This document shows, one piece after another, positions 26,758 to 27,604 of a DNA stretch of 27,604 bases; within the stretch, counting starts at the first letter, position 1, and every line of letters starts with the position of its first letter. The translations under genes and the position numbers were made by a program. The notes beneath the pieces are model-generated. The model searched no databases and had not been told where the DNA came from. It saw nothing but the letters and a program-made list of their open reading frames with translations. The stretch is from positions 1-27,604 of IMG/VR virus record IMGVR_UViG_3300037465_000011. The stretch is one strand, 5' to 3'. This stretch comes from a virus. Its lineage: Duplodnaviria; Caudoviricetes.

Positions 26758-26978
26758 GGCACGTACTCGCGTTGGCACAACTCACCCGGCCGCTGCACGT
26801 AAACGGAGGCGCCGACGTTCCATGCGTTAGGGTGGCGCTTGCCGATGCTGCCACCGCCTATCGGACGCATCACCGTGCGCTGGTCGCCGAGCGTGCAGAC
26901 GAGCGCGTTAGGCGATGGCGGTGAGTTGCAGGCGGTCATGGCCAGCGCGGCGGCGGTGAGCAGCATGATCCGGTTCAT
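26754..26978 (-). CDS. Putative lipoprotein (74 aa)
   Basis: MNRIMLLTAAALAMTAC is a signal peptide with a lipobox-like MTA-C. ATG 26978 is internal to the track's 135-aa ORF. Confidence 0.65.
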   Translation of the reverse strand: MNRIMLLTAAALAMTACNSPPSPNALVCTLGDQRTVMRPIGGGSIGKRHPNAWNVGASVYVQRPGELCQREYVP

Positions 26979-27161
26979 TTCAGGTCCGCCGCGAACAAGA
27001 GCCCGGCGATGATCCACACGACGTGGACGCAGATCAACACAAAGCCGCGCATCCCGAGTCTCCCACGGCAGCCACCATGTCCAGCCCCATCCGGCGTACA
27101 GGACCAGCACGACAAACGCGGCGACGAGCATGCAGATGCCGAGCAGGCGCAAGCCGCTCAC
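26975..27161 (-). pseudogene. Small two-transmembrane protein gene apparently split by a frameshift near 27055-27062 (or two tiny genes)
   Basis: TM1 (LLGICMLVAAFVVLVLYAGWGW) is in one frame. TM2 (MRGFVLICVHVVWIIAGLLFAADLK*) is in the +1 frame and ends in an ATGA overlap with the lipoprotein start. Confidence 0.5.
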
Positions 27162-27379
27162 GACGCCGCATCCTTCGTTAGGTCCGGCACCGCAATTCCA
27201 TCACGCCCGATCCGCAGCAACTCATCCTCGGTCGCCCACGACGCATCCAGTTCCGGCGTCAGTTCCTTGCGCACGGACGCCTCGGCCTCGCTGCGGCTGA
27301 AGGCGCGACGGTAGTGGACCGCGCCGGTATCGCGGACGCGGACGACGACGGTGCGGGCGATCTTGGTGCGCTTGCTCAT
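27158..27379 (-). CDS. Small phage hypothetical protein (73 aa)
   Basis: AGGA SD and GTGA overlap with the downstream gene. Confidence 0.7.
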   Translation of the reverse strand: MSKRTKIARTVVVRVRDTGAVHYRRAFSRSEAEASVRKELTPELDASWATEDELLRIGRDGIAVPDLTKDAAS

Positions 27380-27603
27380 GATGATGCTGTCCTAGGTTGG
27401 TGGTTGGGATTGTTCGACTTCGGCTCACGTTTGCCGATGATGACGACGATCAGCCCCGGCACGCGCTTGCGAATCATGATGCGGCGTCCTTGCGCGGCCG
27501 CGCGCGCACGTAGGTTACTGCGCCAACGGCAGATGTTCGGCGCGAGACTGCGCGGGACGCAGAAGCCGTGGCCGAGCGGTAGCGTCAGCCACGGCCAGTA
27601 GCA
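27376..27603 (-). CDS. 3' part of a small basic, possibly DNA-binding phage protein (truncated by the window edge)
   Basis: Open frame ...CYWPWLTLPLGHGFCVPRSLAPNICRWRSNLRARAAAQGRRIMIRKRVPGLIVVIIGKR...ASS*, with an ATGA overlap with the next gene. It is not in the ORF track. It resembles small YP(F/W)..L..G.SF.VP phage proteins. Confidence 0.55.
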   Translation of the reverse strand, partial: CYWPWLTLPLGHGFCVPRSLAPNICRWRSNLRARAAAQGRRIMIRKRVPGLIVVIIGKREPKSNNPNHQPRTASS

Positions 27604-27604
27604 G

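Noticed and set aside
26754-27161. Holin/spanin lysis cassette
   Set aside because: A TM protein plus a lipoprotein is suggestive, but they lie on the strand opposite the late genes and no endolysin is visible.

Overview
The window is part of a GC-rich tailed-phage or prophage genome with podovirus-like architecture; no host genes, integrase, rRNA/tRNA or CRISPR array are visible. The + strand (1-26360) is one tightly packed virion-morphogenesis operon. It starts with fibre/decoration-like and secreted Cys-rich genes, then a P22/Sf6-type small terminase, two intervening structural-looking genes and a P22-type large terminase. Portal, scaffold, N4-gp56-type major capsid protein, decoration protein, a terminator, adaptor and tail nozzle follow. 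The operon ends with internal-virion (ejection) proteins, a sulfotransferase-like gene and a 2155-aa giant protein. Small - strand genes converge on it from 26464 to the window end. The most striking feature is inside the giant protein: a divergent GGDEF (diguanylate-cyclase-like) domain with no I-site, flanked by low-complexity linkers that appear to be overprinted with three small +1-frame ORFs. This suggests an injected nucleotide-signalling effector with nested regulator genes. All family calls are from motif recognition by eye, not from database searches.
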